IMG/VR virus record: IMGVR_UViG_3300031553_000001
Location: 13,755 to 77,754 of that record
Source of the DNA: a virus
DNA: 64,000 nucleotides
Reading direction: 5' to 3' (one strand)
The notes below the pieces were generated by a model. It saw only the letters and a program-made list of their open reading frames with translations, searched no databases and was not told the origin of the DNA. A program made the translations under genes and the position numbers. Below, piece after piece: positions 34,905-44,343 of this stretch. Numbering within the stretch: the stretch's first letter is position 1; every line of letters begins with the position of its first letter.

Positions 34905-37505
34905 TCAGAATGGTATATGTACTTCACCAGCCAAATTTAGCTTTTCCATAGCTCCATAATGGCTGCCAACGTCTACATCCGCGTTCAACGGACAGATTAG
35001 CCAACTCATGTCGATGTTTGGCATCCACTCAGCACCATACTTCACCACATTCTCCATTACATCCACGCACAGCCCAGCTACATCTAGCAATTCACCAGGA
35101 TACACATCAAACACTATAGAGTCATGCACAGTGTTCACTATCTTAGTATGCCAACCCCGCTCCAGCATCAGATTGTCAATGATTACCAGGGCCATCACCG
35201 TAATCAAACCGGCTGCGCCCTGCACAGGCGTGTTGGCTGCCTCACGCTCAGCATGCTTGCGCCTGGATTGCTCTGGTGCATCTATATCCGATAATGGCCG
35301 CCTGTTTCCAAATGGCGTTTCAATGTAGCCATTCTTACGCGCAAAGCGCACACATTCCTTCTGGAATTCCAGCACCTCTGGGAATGCTGTGTAGTACTGT
35401 TCTTTTATGAGCTTTCCCTCCTTCAATGGAATGTCATATAGCCGCTCTAGCGTATACTCTGAACCACCATAGAGCATAGTCCAATTGGTCCATTTATATC
35501 TATACCTCTCTGGTTTTGTGATCTGGTCATAGGGCTTACCGCTCACCATAGCCCCAACCATTGTATGGAAATCCCTGCCACTACGATGGATTTCCAACAT
35601 AGCCTCACATCTGGCTAGACTAGCAAACACCCGCAGTTCCATACCGCTGTAATCCACAGACATCACATAGCCGTCATTCACATCCAACTCCAGATTGTCA
35701 AACCACCTCCAGTCTGTTGGGATACCTGGAACATACTCGTATTCCTCACCATTTTTGTTAGACCACGTATGGGTAAACATATTCTTGATCGGCAAACATT
35801 CCATCATCGTGCCTGGCTCCTTCTCTGGCACTGGAATGTTCTGTAGATTGGGATTACTAGATGACAGCCTGCCCGTCACCACAGTATGTTGACCAAACGA
35901 TGACCTTATACGTCCATCTGAAGAGGATGCGTATACACCAGTGGCTGTAGGTGTTATGTATGTACCCAACATCTTTTGGTACATTCCATACATTATCAAA
36001 TCCGCCACCAGTGGGCACTTATCCTTGTAGATTTCCAAGAATTCGCGTTTGGTGGACGGATTTCCAGAATCCGAAAAACCTTGCGGTTTGAGATTATACG
36101 AGTACTGAAGTGCATCCTTGCGCCACTCAGCAGATTTGGCCCACTTGCAATATTTACCACCGTATAGCACCCAAGCTTTCTGCTGCCAGCTTCCAGGATT
36201 GAATTTGAATTTCTTGGAAGCTTTATGTCGGCATTCCACATAGCCTTTGACCATTGGATTATTGTCAATAGCCTCCACAGTGTCCATCATCTCAGCAGTA
36301 TACACGCGCCTGTACCGCTCTGCCATATAGTAATCCACTGCCAAGCCATTGCACTGCATCCGCGCAATAGTGTTTGATGCAGGCACAAATAGCTCATCAT
36401 ACAAGACTTGCTGCTTGGAAGTCAGTTTACTATACAACAATTTCTCTAGCTGAAATGTGGCTGCCGCGTCCTTGGCAGCGTATGGCAACAGGACATCTAG
36501 TGGAACCTGAGAATAGTTGATCTTGTCACTCTTGGCTACGTAACTCTTGAGCTCTTTGTCGTACTCGAACATCCCCAGATAGTACCCTGCCAGCCGTTTC
36601 AAACCATGTAAGCCAGTCTTGGATTCATATAGAAATGACGCCAACATCGAATCGCCTTGGGCATCAAACTCAACGTCCAACAAGGCTTTGCATTGCATCT
36701 GGTCGAATTTGATGTTGTGACCAATGATGTGAGGATGAGATTCTAGAACATTACACATCATATCCAAGGCACCGTCGGATAAAGGTGCCAAATCACCTGG
36801 ATGATCCACAGGCACTGCCCAGGCTGTATCTGCTGTGGCAAATGACATAACCAACAAGCGCTGATTATTGTCAAAAGCATCCAATGAATTCACTTCTGTA
36901 TCAAACGCTATGACAGGGGATGCCATCAAGGCCACACACATATGATATATTCCTGGCTTGGAATATACGAATTCGTAGTCATATTCTTGGTCTGCTGATG
37001 GAGCAACTCCACTACTCCAAGCGTTCCAAGCTTCCTCTATTCCTTGCAACCACGTATTTGTGGCTGATTGGTTGCGCAGAATGTAAGCCGGATGGAACAG
37101 TGGCACGTATATTACCCCGTCACGCTCCACTACCACCCCATTCCAGGAAGTGATGCCAGATTCTCCAAGTACCGCCTTCAATGGCGTGTTGCCAAACAGA
37201 AGTACCATCTTCGTATTGGATTTGATGGGCAACGACTGGTAGCAGCATTTAATGTATTTAGGCTTTATCTTGTTGCCTGGGGGATGACACCTGACTATGT
37301 TGGTATATGTAATAGGTGGAAAGCCAAACGACTCTAACGCAGTGCGCAGTAGCTTACCAGACCTACCCACAAATGGCTTGCCCTGTTTATCCTCTTCGTC
37401 ACCTGGCGCCTCCCCAACTGCCAGGATTGTATAGTCACCGCCATCGTCCGGCACTGGACCATTGGACAGCTCCAACAGACCGCACTTCTTGCAATCTGGT
37501 TCCAT
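34905..37505 (-). CDS. polA: Family A DNA polymerase with N-terminal UDG-like domain and 3'-5' exonuclease
   Basis: GEAPG/HPAY (UDG); FDTE, HNIKFD, YAAKD (exonuclease); TGRLSSSNPNLQNIP, DYSGMELR, K-x2-N-x3-LYG, VHDS (polymerase). Confidence 0.95.
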   Translation of the reverse strand: MEPDCKKCGLLELSNGPVPDDGGDYTILAVGEAPGDEEDKQGKPFVGRSGKLLRTALESFGFPPITYTNIVRCHPPGNKIKPKYIKCCYQSLPIKSNTKMVLLFGNTPLKAVLGESGITSWNGVVVERDGVIYVPLFHPAYILRNQSATNTWLQGIEEAWNAWSSGVAPSADQEYDYEFVYSKPGIYHMCVALMASPVIAFDTEVNSLDAFDNNQRLLVMSFATADTAWAVPVDHPGDLAPLSDGALDMMCNVLESHPHIIGHNIKFDQMQCKALLDVEFDAQGDSMLASFLYESKTGLHGLKRLAGYYLGMFEYDKELKSYVAKSDKINYSQVPLDVLLPYAAKDAAATFQLEKLLYSKLTSKQQVLYDELFVPASNTIARMQCNGLAVDYYMAERYRRVYTAEMMDTVEAIDNNPMVKGYVECRHKASKKFKFNPGSWQQKAWVLYGGKYCKWAKSAEWRKDALQYSYNLKPQGFSDSGNPSTKREFLEIYKDKCPLVADLIMYGMYQKMLGTYITPTATGVYASSSDGRIRSSFGQHTVVTGRLSSSNPNLQNIPVPEKEPGTMMECLPIKNMFTHTWSNKNGEEYEYVPGIPTDWRWFDNLELDVNDGYVMSVDYSGMELRVFASLARCEAMLEIHRSGRDFHTMVGAMVSGKPYDQITKPERYRYKWTNWTMLYGGSEYTLERLYDIPLKEGKLIKEQYYTAFPEVLEFQKECVRFARKNGYIETPFGNRRPLSDIDAPEQSRRKHAEREAANTPVQGAAGLITVMALVIIDNLMLERGWHTKIVNTVHDSIVFDVYPGELLDVAGLCVDVMENVVKYGAEWMPNIDMSWLICPLNADVDVGSHYGAMEKLNLAGEVHIPF

Positions 37506-37941
37506 CTACAACCTCCACATCCACTACAGCAGACCACACATCTAGCGGCCAACAATGTTCTGCAAAGTCCACCAAGATAGGTAAGTCGGGCCAGTCTTGG
37601 ATATGATACTTTCCAAATGGCCCAGCATCCAAGGCCAACACCTCTAAGGTAGTATTATTGTCAAACGTCACACGCAGAGTGTCTCCACACTTTACCTTAC
37701 CTGACTGGTATGCCTCCACGTCCACCGCCACCCAGTTGTATTTACCAATAGACCTAGTATCATATACCATATCCACCGGATAGCCTGCCTGACCAGCACA
37801 ATATAGTGGCCCGCCACCGTAATCATCAAAGGTGTAATAGGTGGCAACTCCATGACCCAACAACGACGGTATCAACAACAATGGCCATAGTGCGTTCATA
37901 TTGTCAATCACCAACGCTTCTCTGGCCATAGCTGGTAGCAA
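37435..37941 (-). CDS. Secreted RlpA/3D-like double-psi-barrel protein (possible lytic transglycosylase)
   Basis: Hydrophobic N-terminus; ATYY...VAVD...CGDTLRV...ALDAG...LVD. Confidence 0.5.
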   Translation of the reverse strand: MLPAMAREALVIDNMNALWPLLLIPSLLGHGVATYYTFDDYGGGPLYCAGQAGYPVDMVYDTRSIGKYNWVAVDVEAYQSGKVKCGDTLRVTFDNNTTLEVLALDAGPFGKYHIQDWPDLPILVDFAEHCWPLDVWSAVVDVEVVDGTRLQEVRSVGAVQWSSAGRWR

Positions 37942-38501
37942 TCCCTTGTTGGTACATCGAATACAAAAACCATACGATATGTAAATTGCGGTTGCAAGCC
38001 ATCATAAATCCCTACAAGACCATACTCATCACTCGCCGCATATTGCGTGCGATAGCCTGCCATGTCGAAATGTGGCCCACCGCTACAACGACCAACATCG
38101 AAAGTATATGTGCTTATAGTATCACTGTGCATACCACAATTGATGACGTCCATAAACACAAGTAGGAATACGCCCGTTGCGTGGTGTGTATGCCCCATGT
38201 TATCCACCAAGGCAGCTCTCCATGTGGTTCCTGTCCGAAGCCCCTTCATTCTGGTCGTGTATGGGTAATTCAAAAAGCGTATCCATTGTGGTGCTGGTGT
38301 GGCAGTTGGCTTAGGTGTTGCCGTTGGCCTCACCGTTGGAATCGGTGTTACAGTCGGAATCGGTGTGGGGGTAGGTGTCTTGTAGCTCTGCACCACCGGC
38401 AGATATACCAAATAGTCGTCATCCTCCTGCGCCAGGCTTACCGCGCAACCCACGCACAGTACACAGATTATCAAAGCCAAACTAACCAATCTCGATTTCA
38501 T
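37908..38501 (-). CDS. Secreted protein with YLPVV motif, Pro/Thr linker and DUF4352-like Ig domain
   Basis: Signal peptide, YLVYLPVV, TPTPTP linker, LQP...VFVFDVP. Confidence 0.6.
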   Translation of the reverse strand: MKSRLVSLALIICVLCVGCAVSLAQEDDDYLVYLPVVQSYKTPTPTPIPTVTPIPTVRPTATPKPTATPAPQWIRFLNYPYTTRMKGLRTGTTWRAALVDNMGHTHHATGVFLLVFMDVINCGMHSDTISTYTFDVGRCSGGPHFDMAGYRTQYAASDEYGLVGIYDGLQPQFTYRMVFVFDVPTRDCYQLWPEKRW

Positions 38502-38687
38502 TTCAAATCTCCTTTATCGGCCTTTTCAAGGTTAATGTGCTCTATTCCTATGCTTCTTCTTTCGGAAATAAGTGCCTGAAACAACAAGCCGGTTTGATCC
38601 ATCAACTCCACTGCCTGTTGTTTCAGACTCTTCGCCTCCACCAGCAATGCAGTTAGCTCGGCATACAAAGTCTGTTGCTTTGTCATT

Positions 38688-39821
38688 TTACGTCTCCTTT
38701 TCCACAGAATCCACCAGCTCCTCAGCAGCAAAGTACAGCTCATCCACCCTGGCCTCATCGTTGGGATGCTGCTCTTGGAACCATATATCCAACAATTCCA
38801 GTGGATCCAGATTGTCAATACCTGCCACCCTCGGTGATCGTGCCACCACTGGCTCCAATACGTCTATCCTGTCCAACAGATAGTAATTGCGGTTGATGGT
38901 CTCCCGTACAGTCTCAGCCACCGTGGCCCTGGGAATTATACCATCCGTGTGGACGCATACACGCACTATGGCATCCTCTACATCATACTCATCCAGCGCA
39001 TATATCTCATCCCACTCTATTTGGATGTCCACCATATCTCTGACGGGCACATCCACAAATTCCCAAGACGTATTGTCTATATTCACGTCCGCCAATACAA
39101 AGCCCTTTGACCCACCACGCTCACCCCAGTCTATGCGCTCCAAGGAGCCACAATAGACGGCAGGTGGATTATCAACTACACATTGGCGCCCATGAATATG
39201 ACCCAAAGCTGAGTAATCAAATACATTGAACAAGTCTGATGGCACGCAAAGGTCATTTCCTGGTTCCTCTCTATATACATACCCATCATTCAAGCGTAAT
39301 CCAGGAACACCCACGTGTGCTGCCAATATGCAAGGTGTATTGTCATCCGGTGAATCACCCAGCACTTTGTTGATGGCATCATACACATCGGTCAAGTCTT
39401 TGTCATAAAACCAAGGCAGCGTCACCACATATGCCTCACCAATCAAGTGACCAGCTATTTCAGATTCCACTATTATGTCGTGCTTGGCACCCAGATGAGA
39501 CATCACATCTATGGAATGCGCCCGCCCCTTGCCAGATTTCAACCGATCATGGTTCCCCACAACCATTACCATCGGTGCCACGTCAGCTAGTTGTATCATC
39601 CGCTCCGCAAATGGAGTCACCAACGTTGGCACAGGAGATCTTGTTCTGAACGCATCCCCAGCAAAGATTATCAAATCTGGCTGGTATTTTTGGGCAGCTT
39701 CAACCACACAGTCCAGAGCATCCAAATAGTCCAGTATCCTGGAATGCAACCCTGTAGCCGTGTCCAAATGCCCAAAGTTCGTCTGGCCCAGATGGACATC
39801 TGCAAAGTGGAGTAGCATCAC
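38688..39821 (-). CDS. sbcD: Mre11/SbcD-like metallophosphoesterase nuclease
   Basis: ADVHLG, AGDAF, GNHD, AH, ALGHIH, YCGSLERIDWGE. Confidence 0.9.
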   Translation of the reverse strand: MMLLHFADVHLGQTNFGHLDTATGLHSRILDYLDALDCVVEAAQKYQPDLIIFAGDAFRTRSPVPTLVTPFAERMIQLADVAPMVMVVGNHDRLKSGKGRAHSIDVMSHLGAKHDIIVESEIAGHLIGEAYVVTLPWFYDKDLTDVYDAINKVLGDSPDDNTPCILAAHVGVPGLRLNDGYVYREEPGNDLCVPSDLFNVFDYSALGHIHGRQCVVDNPPAVYCGSLERIDWGERGGSKGFVLADVNIDNTSWEFVDVPVRDMVDIQIEWDEIYALDEYDVEDAIVRVCVHTDGIIPRATVAETVRETINRNYYLLDRIDVLEPVVARSPRVAGIDNLDPLELLDIWFQEQHPNDEARVDELYFAAEELVDSVEKET

Positions 39822-40294
39822 CGCAAGAACTCCATTATCTCAGCCACATCTATGCCTGTAACATTGGACCATACCTCTTCCACCCATCTCTCCACATCCT
39901 CCGGTCTCTCAGCAGCTATCCAATCCAGCCACATCAGACAATACAACGATATGTCTACCAACAGATCCACAAACGCCAAATGTATCTCATCAGTAGCCAA
40001 CCTGTGACCAGACATTACCACTTTGGCAATGCCATCAAGCTTCTCAAGTCTATCAGCCAACTGGCCATACCGGTCAGACTTCCTCATTACATTGTGATAT
40101 ACTCCAGCCTCACCACGCTTGGCCCAGCTACGTCCATACTGAGAATCCTTATGCATGTGATATACCAACAGCAACGAAGCCAGTTTCACCATCGGAATAG
40201 GGTATGGATCGTCACTTGCATCCGCACACATAGTCATGGCAAACTGCGGCATGTCATCAGACACTTGCGCAATCATTTCCTCAAGGTTAATCAA
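39818..40294 (-). CDS. Nucleotide-modification-associated helical domain (DUF1599/Nmad1-like)
   Basis: K-x3-YG-x-SW-x2-RG-x2-G...RK-x-DR...D-x3-D-x3-Y. Confidence 0.65.
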   Translation of the reverse strand: MINLEEMIAQVSDDMPQFAMTMCADASDDPYPIPMVKLASLLLVYHMHKDSQYGRSWAKRGEAGVYHNVMRKSDRYGQLADRLEKLDGIAKVVMSGHRLATDEIHLAFVDLLVDISLYCLMWLDWIAAERPEDVERWVEEVWSNVTGIDVAEIMEFLR

Positions 40295-41846
40295 TTTTCA
40301 CTCCATTATCCACGTATACATACTGATTGCATCCTTTATGTGGCCCAGTTGGCACCTTGGTCATGCCAAGCTTGTATTTGGGCAAATCTGGCACCTCCCA
40401 CATTGGAACATAACTTAAATCAGCCTTGGTTGTTGCATTCATCACATCCCACACAAGCGCACTATATTTATCCATCAAGACGCCAGCATACCGTATCATA
40501 TATCGTGGTATGTCATTTATGCCACGATGATAGTAAAACCAAGGCAACCACTCGCCATATAGAATAGAATTCAACATATCACAGTCCACCCCAACCGCTT
40601 CCATCGAATAGATGCGTTGTTTTGGATACCTGCAAGGCAGACCTTTTATTACATCACATCCACCTGTGCGATGCACGCACACGGGACAGTTGCCAAGCCC
40701 TATCACATATCTATTATCAAAGTGTTTCAGTAAACGCATTACGTACCAGCTGGTAATAGAATCTGTGCAAGACCCACGCATATATGTGTTGCGGTTACCG
40801 GAATACTCAATCGCCCAAGCCATATCCACGGACACAGTAATGATTGCCAGCGTATCCAAGGATGGCCTAATGGCATCAAACCTAGGTGCGCACCCTGGGC
40901 AACCGCCGTTCATACCCTTGCACGTACCACACGCCGTGGCCTGTTCCCACTCCGTCAACAACGGTACATCGCCACGTTTCAGAACGTGCATATGAACCAG
41001 CAGACTTAGAATATTTCCAGTACTAGTCTTGTAGCCCACATTCCAATCATACACTCTGCAATTGGTTATATCAGATCCAACTTTGTCGCTAACGTCTGCC
41101 CATGGCCCCCACTCGGATGGTTCCAATATCTCAGATCTGGATGTAATCTCTATATCAGGCACTAAGGCTGCCAATTCATTCCTGGCTCGTACATTGTTCT
41201 CATACTCTATTCCCACCACAGCCGCCCACACTTTGACTTCTCTGTTGGACAACCGTACCACATCCATATATGACTCAAGATTGCCAACAGCTGATAGGAA
41301 TTCATACAACATATCATCCCTGGTGACACTATCCACATCAATCCAGCGCACATACGTTTGGTTATAGCTCTCGGCATGTCGAACTATGCTTTCACATTTA
41401 TGTGTGATATTGTCAACATTAATTCCACGTGGCTTGGATGACTTCCTATTCCTTATCCGTCTTAGACACCCGTCCACCGATGCCTTCAATATCACAAACA
41501 TCGGTTTGATACGATGTGATACCTCCAACTCCAATAGGAAATTATAGAATGTGGATTTGATGGTGGAGATCATCATACCTTCAAACAGCACATCACAATC
41601 TGGATGATTATCAATAGCATCCATGATAGCTAACTTGACATTGGCCACATTACTACCACCAGGCAACTTATCACAACCATTACTGGTTCGCGTGCTCAAA
41701 TCATAGTGCCCCACCAACACCCACCCAAAATCGTGCAGCACCGTATTCCACTGCTCCACTTCTATATCACAACTAGCCGCTACCATCTGCAGGGGAATAG
41801 TAGACTTTCCAGATCCATTGCTGCCTTTGATTTGAACCACTTTCAT
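40287..41846 (-). CDS. P-loop 5hmU-DNA-kinase-like domain fused to a DUF2284-like Cys-rich metal-binding domain
   Basis: IKGSNGSGKST...GHY...GCD...LFEG; C-terminal CGTC...CPGCAP...GNCPVC...CRYP...SMEAVGVD. Confidence 0.7.
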   Translation of the reverse strand: MKVVQIKGSNGSGKSTIPLQMVAASCDIEVEQWNTVLHDFGWVLVGHYDLSTRTSNGCDKLPGGSNVANVKLAIMDAIDNHPDCDVLFEGMMISTIKSTFYNFLLELEVSHRIKPMFVILKASVDGCLRRIRNRKSSKPRGINVDNITHKCESIVRHAESYNQTYVRWIDVDSVTRDDMLYEFLSAVGNLESYMDVVRLSNREVKVWAAVVGIEYENNVRARNELAALVPDIEITSRSEILEPSEWGPWADVSDKVGSDITNCRVYDWNVGYKTSTGNILSLLVHMHVLKRGDVPLLTEWEQATACGTCKGMNGGCPGCAPRFDAIRPSLDTLAIITVSVDMAWAIEYSGNRNTYMRGSCTDSITSWYVMRLLKHFDNRYVIGLGNCPVCVHRTGGCDVIKGLPCRYPKQRIYSMEAVGVDCDMLNSILYGEWLPWFYYHRGINDIPRYMIRYAGVLMDKYSALVWDVMNATTKADLSYVPMWEVPDLPKYKLGMTKVPTGPHKGCNQYVYVDNGVKID

Positions 41847-41868
41847 TTTGAATTTCCCACTAAAACCT

Positions 41869-42519
41869 CTAAGTACACGCTGTTGGATACCACAATGATA
41901 TATCCTCTACAAACATGTGGATTATCAAATCTGCCTGTGATCTCCATCCAAAGTCATCAAAGGGTAGTTCAATCCAATCCTTCGGATCCAAATGCATAGC
42001 GGCAGCACGTATTAAGCGTGTGGACGATTCATACTCCAACTTATGTGGAGTCCAATACTTTTCAGCATATATACGATGACTCAAAACAGCACGCTTACGT
42101 AATGCCTGCTCCATATATTCGGCTGTGGTAGTGATTATTATCATAAACAACCCACCACCCATTTCCAATGGAACGTGCTTGATATGATGAAATATGCTTC
42201 CCCAGAATCTCATACCTTCCGCTATCCAAAGCGTTTCTCTGTCACATACCATATATCGTATTAGTTCTTGTTTACCAGGCAATGTCCTGTATACATCATA
42301 TAAAGCAGGAAATTCTGGAATATTGTCATAGTTTGGTGTCAACATATCACCAAACACTTTACGAATGCCAGGAATATCCAATGATTCCAAATAGGTGGTC
42401 TTACCCGTACAATGAGTGCCATAGATGCCAATCAACATAGAATAACCCCAATAGAAATGAAAAATGATGGGGTAAAGATGGTGCCTGGGATGGTGGATTG
42501 TCATTTCATCCGGTGGCAA
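41869..42519 (-). CDS. Second P-loop kinase-like protein; likely start ATG at 42438
   Basis: IGIYGTHCTGKTT...IAEG...LRKR. Confidence 0.6.
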   Translation of the reverse strand: MPPDEMTIHHPRHHLYPIIFHFYWGYSMLIGIYGTHCTGKTTYLESLDIPGIRKVFGDMLTPNYDNIPEFPALYDVYRTLPGKQELIRYMVCDRETLWIAEGMRFWGSIFHHIKHVPLEMGGGLFMIIITTTAEYMEQALRKRAVLSHRIYAEKYWTPHKLEYESSTRLIRAAAMHLDPKDWIELPFDDFGWRSQADLIIHMFVEDISLWYPTACT

Positions 42520-42556
42520 CTCATCTTTACCCCATACATATTCAGCTCATACAGCA

Positions 42557-43285
42557 CTACTCCGTTGGCCCGTGGATCAGCGCGTCGCGTGCTGCCTTAG
42601 ACTTGTACTCTGGCTTCCACTTCGTGATTCCCTTGCTCTTCTGATATGCCAGGGTCAAGCGCATGTTGTTTACCAATTCATTGTCATGTTCCTCCCAAGT
42701 CACCTTGGCATCCTTGGCCTCCGCCACCTTCTCCTCGAAGGTCAGTGTCGGCCAGTACTCATGAAATTCTATATATTCCTTGGTCTGAGCTACAGCCTCC
42801 ATCTCTGCAGTACTCATCAAACGTTGCGGCTTTGCTGGAACCACTACAACTTCTTCTGACACGCTATCCGCATCAGCATAGGCCACCACATATGCGTGAC
42901 CTTTCTTGCGGATTGTCAATGCCCGACCTGCTAGAAGCGCCTGGTCAACCAGCCCAAACAAGTCCGTGAACTCCAAGACTGAAGGCAACTCCACCGCACC
43001 AGGTTTTTCCTCAGTGACTTCCTCAGTCATAGCAGGCTTCCTTGTTCGAACACGTTTGACAGGCAACGCATCTGGAGCCACTTTCTTGCGCCGCTGCCGT
43101 CTGACAGGCTTTTCCTCAACAACTTCTGGTTCCTCAACAACTTCTGGTTCCTCAACAACTTCTGGTTCCTCAATATCAATGCTTTCCTGCTCAACCTCAG
43201 GAACCGTGGTGGGCTTACGCCGCGTCACTTTACGCACTCTTCGCTTCGTCATTTGATTCTCCTTGTTTTGTTGTGGCATCCTCAC
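42557..43285 (-). CDS. Hypothetical protein with alternating basic/acidic low-complexity N-terminus
   Basis: EEPEVV x3 encoded by an 18-bp tandem repeat near 43113-43171. Confidence 0.6.
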   Translation of the reverse strand: MRMPQQNKENQMTKRRVRKVTRRKPTTVPEVEQESIDIEEPEVVEEPEVVEEPEVVEEKPVRRQRRKKVAPDALPVKRVRTRKPAMTEEVTEEKPGAVELPSVLEFTDLFGLVDQALLAGRALTIRKKGHAYVVAYADADSVSEEVVVVPAKPQRLMSTAEMEAVAQTKEYIEFHEYWPTLTFEEKVAEAKDAKVTWEEHDNELVNNMRLTLAYQKSKGITKWKPEYKSKAARDALIHGPTE

Positions 43286-43730
43286 ATTTCATCCAATGGA
43301 TGCACATTTTACAGTCGTTGTCGTTAGCGTCATACAACAAACCGAAACACGATGGCCTGTTTGCATCCCGCACTGCTACACATTGCTTACGCAATGCGCA
43401 GCGCTTACAGGCTGGATCTGCATCATCGGCCAACCCATAACACTTTGGTAACTTCTCATCTACTTCATCACTTTCCTCCTGCTCATCTTGAGGATTATCA
43501 ACGCCACTTAGCAGTTCATTCCCATCCTCATCTATAAAATCAGCTGCCACCATCAAATCCCATAGCTCTTCGCTGACCTCATCCTCTGGCAAACCGCCAC
43601 GCAGATTGTCCAACAGCATATCACACAGATCGTACACGTGCGTGTCCAGTTTGGCGGATATCCCCAGCTCTTCAGCTATGTCCAGTAGAACGCGCTTCCC
43701 AAAACGTTTGCCGATTTCACGGTTTGTCAT
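43230..43730 (-). CDS. Acidic protein with two C-(Y/F)-G...CxxC-x5-C repeats
   Basis: Start revised to MTNREI (GGAGG RBS); duplicated Cys motif. Confidence 0.6.
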   Translation of the reverse strand: MTNREIGKRFGKRVLLDIAEELGISAKLDTHVYDLCDMLLDNLRGGLPEDEVSEELWDLMVAADFIDEDGNELLSGVDNPQDEQEESDEVDEKLPKCYGLADDADPACKRCALRKQCVAVRDANRPSCFGLLYDANDNDCKMCIHWMKCEDATTKQGESNDEAKSA

Positions 43731-44310
43731 AATTCCTCCATTTCCTCTTAACGCTACTCCACGCCTGTCGTGCTTCGGCATACTGAATGTGGAGCGCATC
43801 CGCTACTAATTTCCAGTCAATTGTTATGCTTGGCACATCATACACATACGAACGCCTAAATGTTCGCAAACGCACCTGATCACACATCCTCTTGTCTGGC
43901 CAAAGAATCGCGTCTACTATAGTCCGTTCACCACATTCCAACGTATCCAAAAAGCCAGAGAATCTGAGCATGTGCTCTACAATATGTTCTGGATCTGGTG
44001 GACCATCACACTCCAAATCATCCAGATCCATCATTTCCTTCTCTGCACTACGATGAGTCAAGTAAAACCTGTACTTCAACTCACTAATCCGGTTGTTTAG
44101 CATCTGCTTTATAACCGCTAGAAGCTCCCCAACAGTTAGGCCACGATCACGGTAGTACATCCACCCATATACCAATTGTTCATATAGCTCGCCTTCCAAC
44201 TCCTCACGCTCCATCAGAACGTGATCTGTAGCTTTCTTGGCAGCGAGCCAGTGGATGTATTTGTTGAGTTTATCATACAACTCTTCAACAGACATTGCTG
44301 GTTCAGCCAT
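43717..44310 (-). CDS. Sigma-factor-like transcription regulator (putative)
   Basis: Region-2-like EREELEGE...W...Y...NNRISEL and a C-terminal HTH-like VADALHI. Confidence 0.5.
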   Translation of the reverse strand: MAEPAMSVEELYDKLNKYIHWLAAKKATDHVLMEREELEGELYEQLVYGWMYYRDRGLTVGELLAVIKQMLNNRISELKYRFYLTHRSAEKEMMDLDDLECDGPPDPEHIVEHMLRFSGFLDTLECGERTIVDAILWPDKRMCDQVRLRTFRRSYVYDVPSITIDWKLVADALHIQYAEARQAWSSVKRKWRNYDKP

Positions 44311-44324
44311 TCTTTCCTCCGTCT

Positions 44325-44340
44325 CTATATAGTAAACTTG
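44325..44340 (-). promoter_or_regulatory. Promoter-like motif copy 5, upstream of the sigma-like gene
   Basis: CAAGTTTACTATATAG followed by GGAGG and ATG. Confidence 0.65.
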
Positions 44341-44343
44341 TTA

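Noticed and set aside
43113-43171. 18-bp tandem repeat
   Set aside because: In-frame coding repeat (EEPEVV) in a low-complexity linker
16784-43502. Treating each TTGACA within the TTGAYAAT octamers as a sigma70 -35 element
   Set aside because: Most are inside genes with no evident spaced -10, and the TTGATAAT variant is also common; reported as a motif instead
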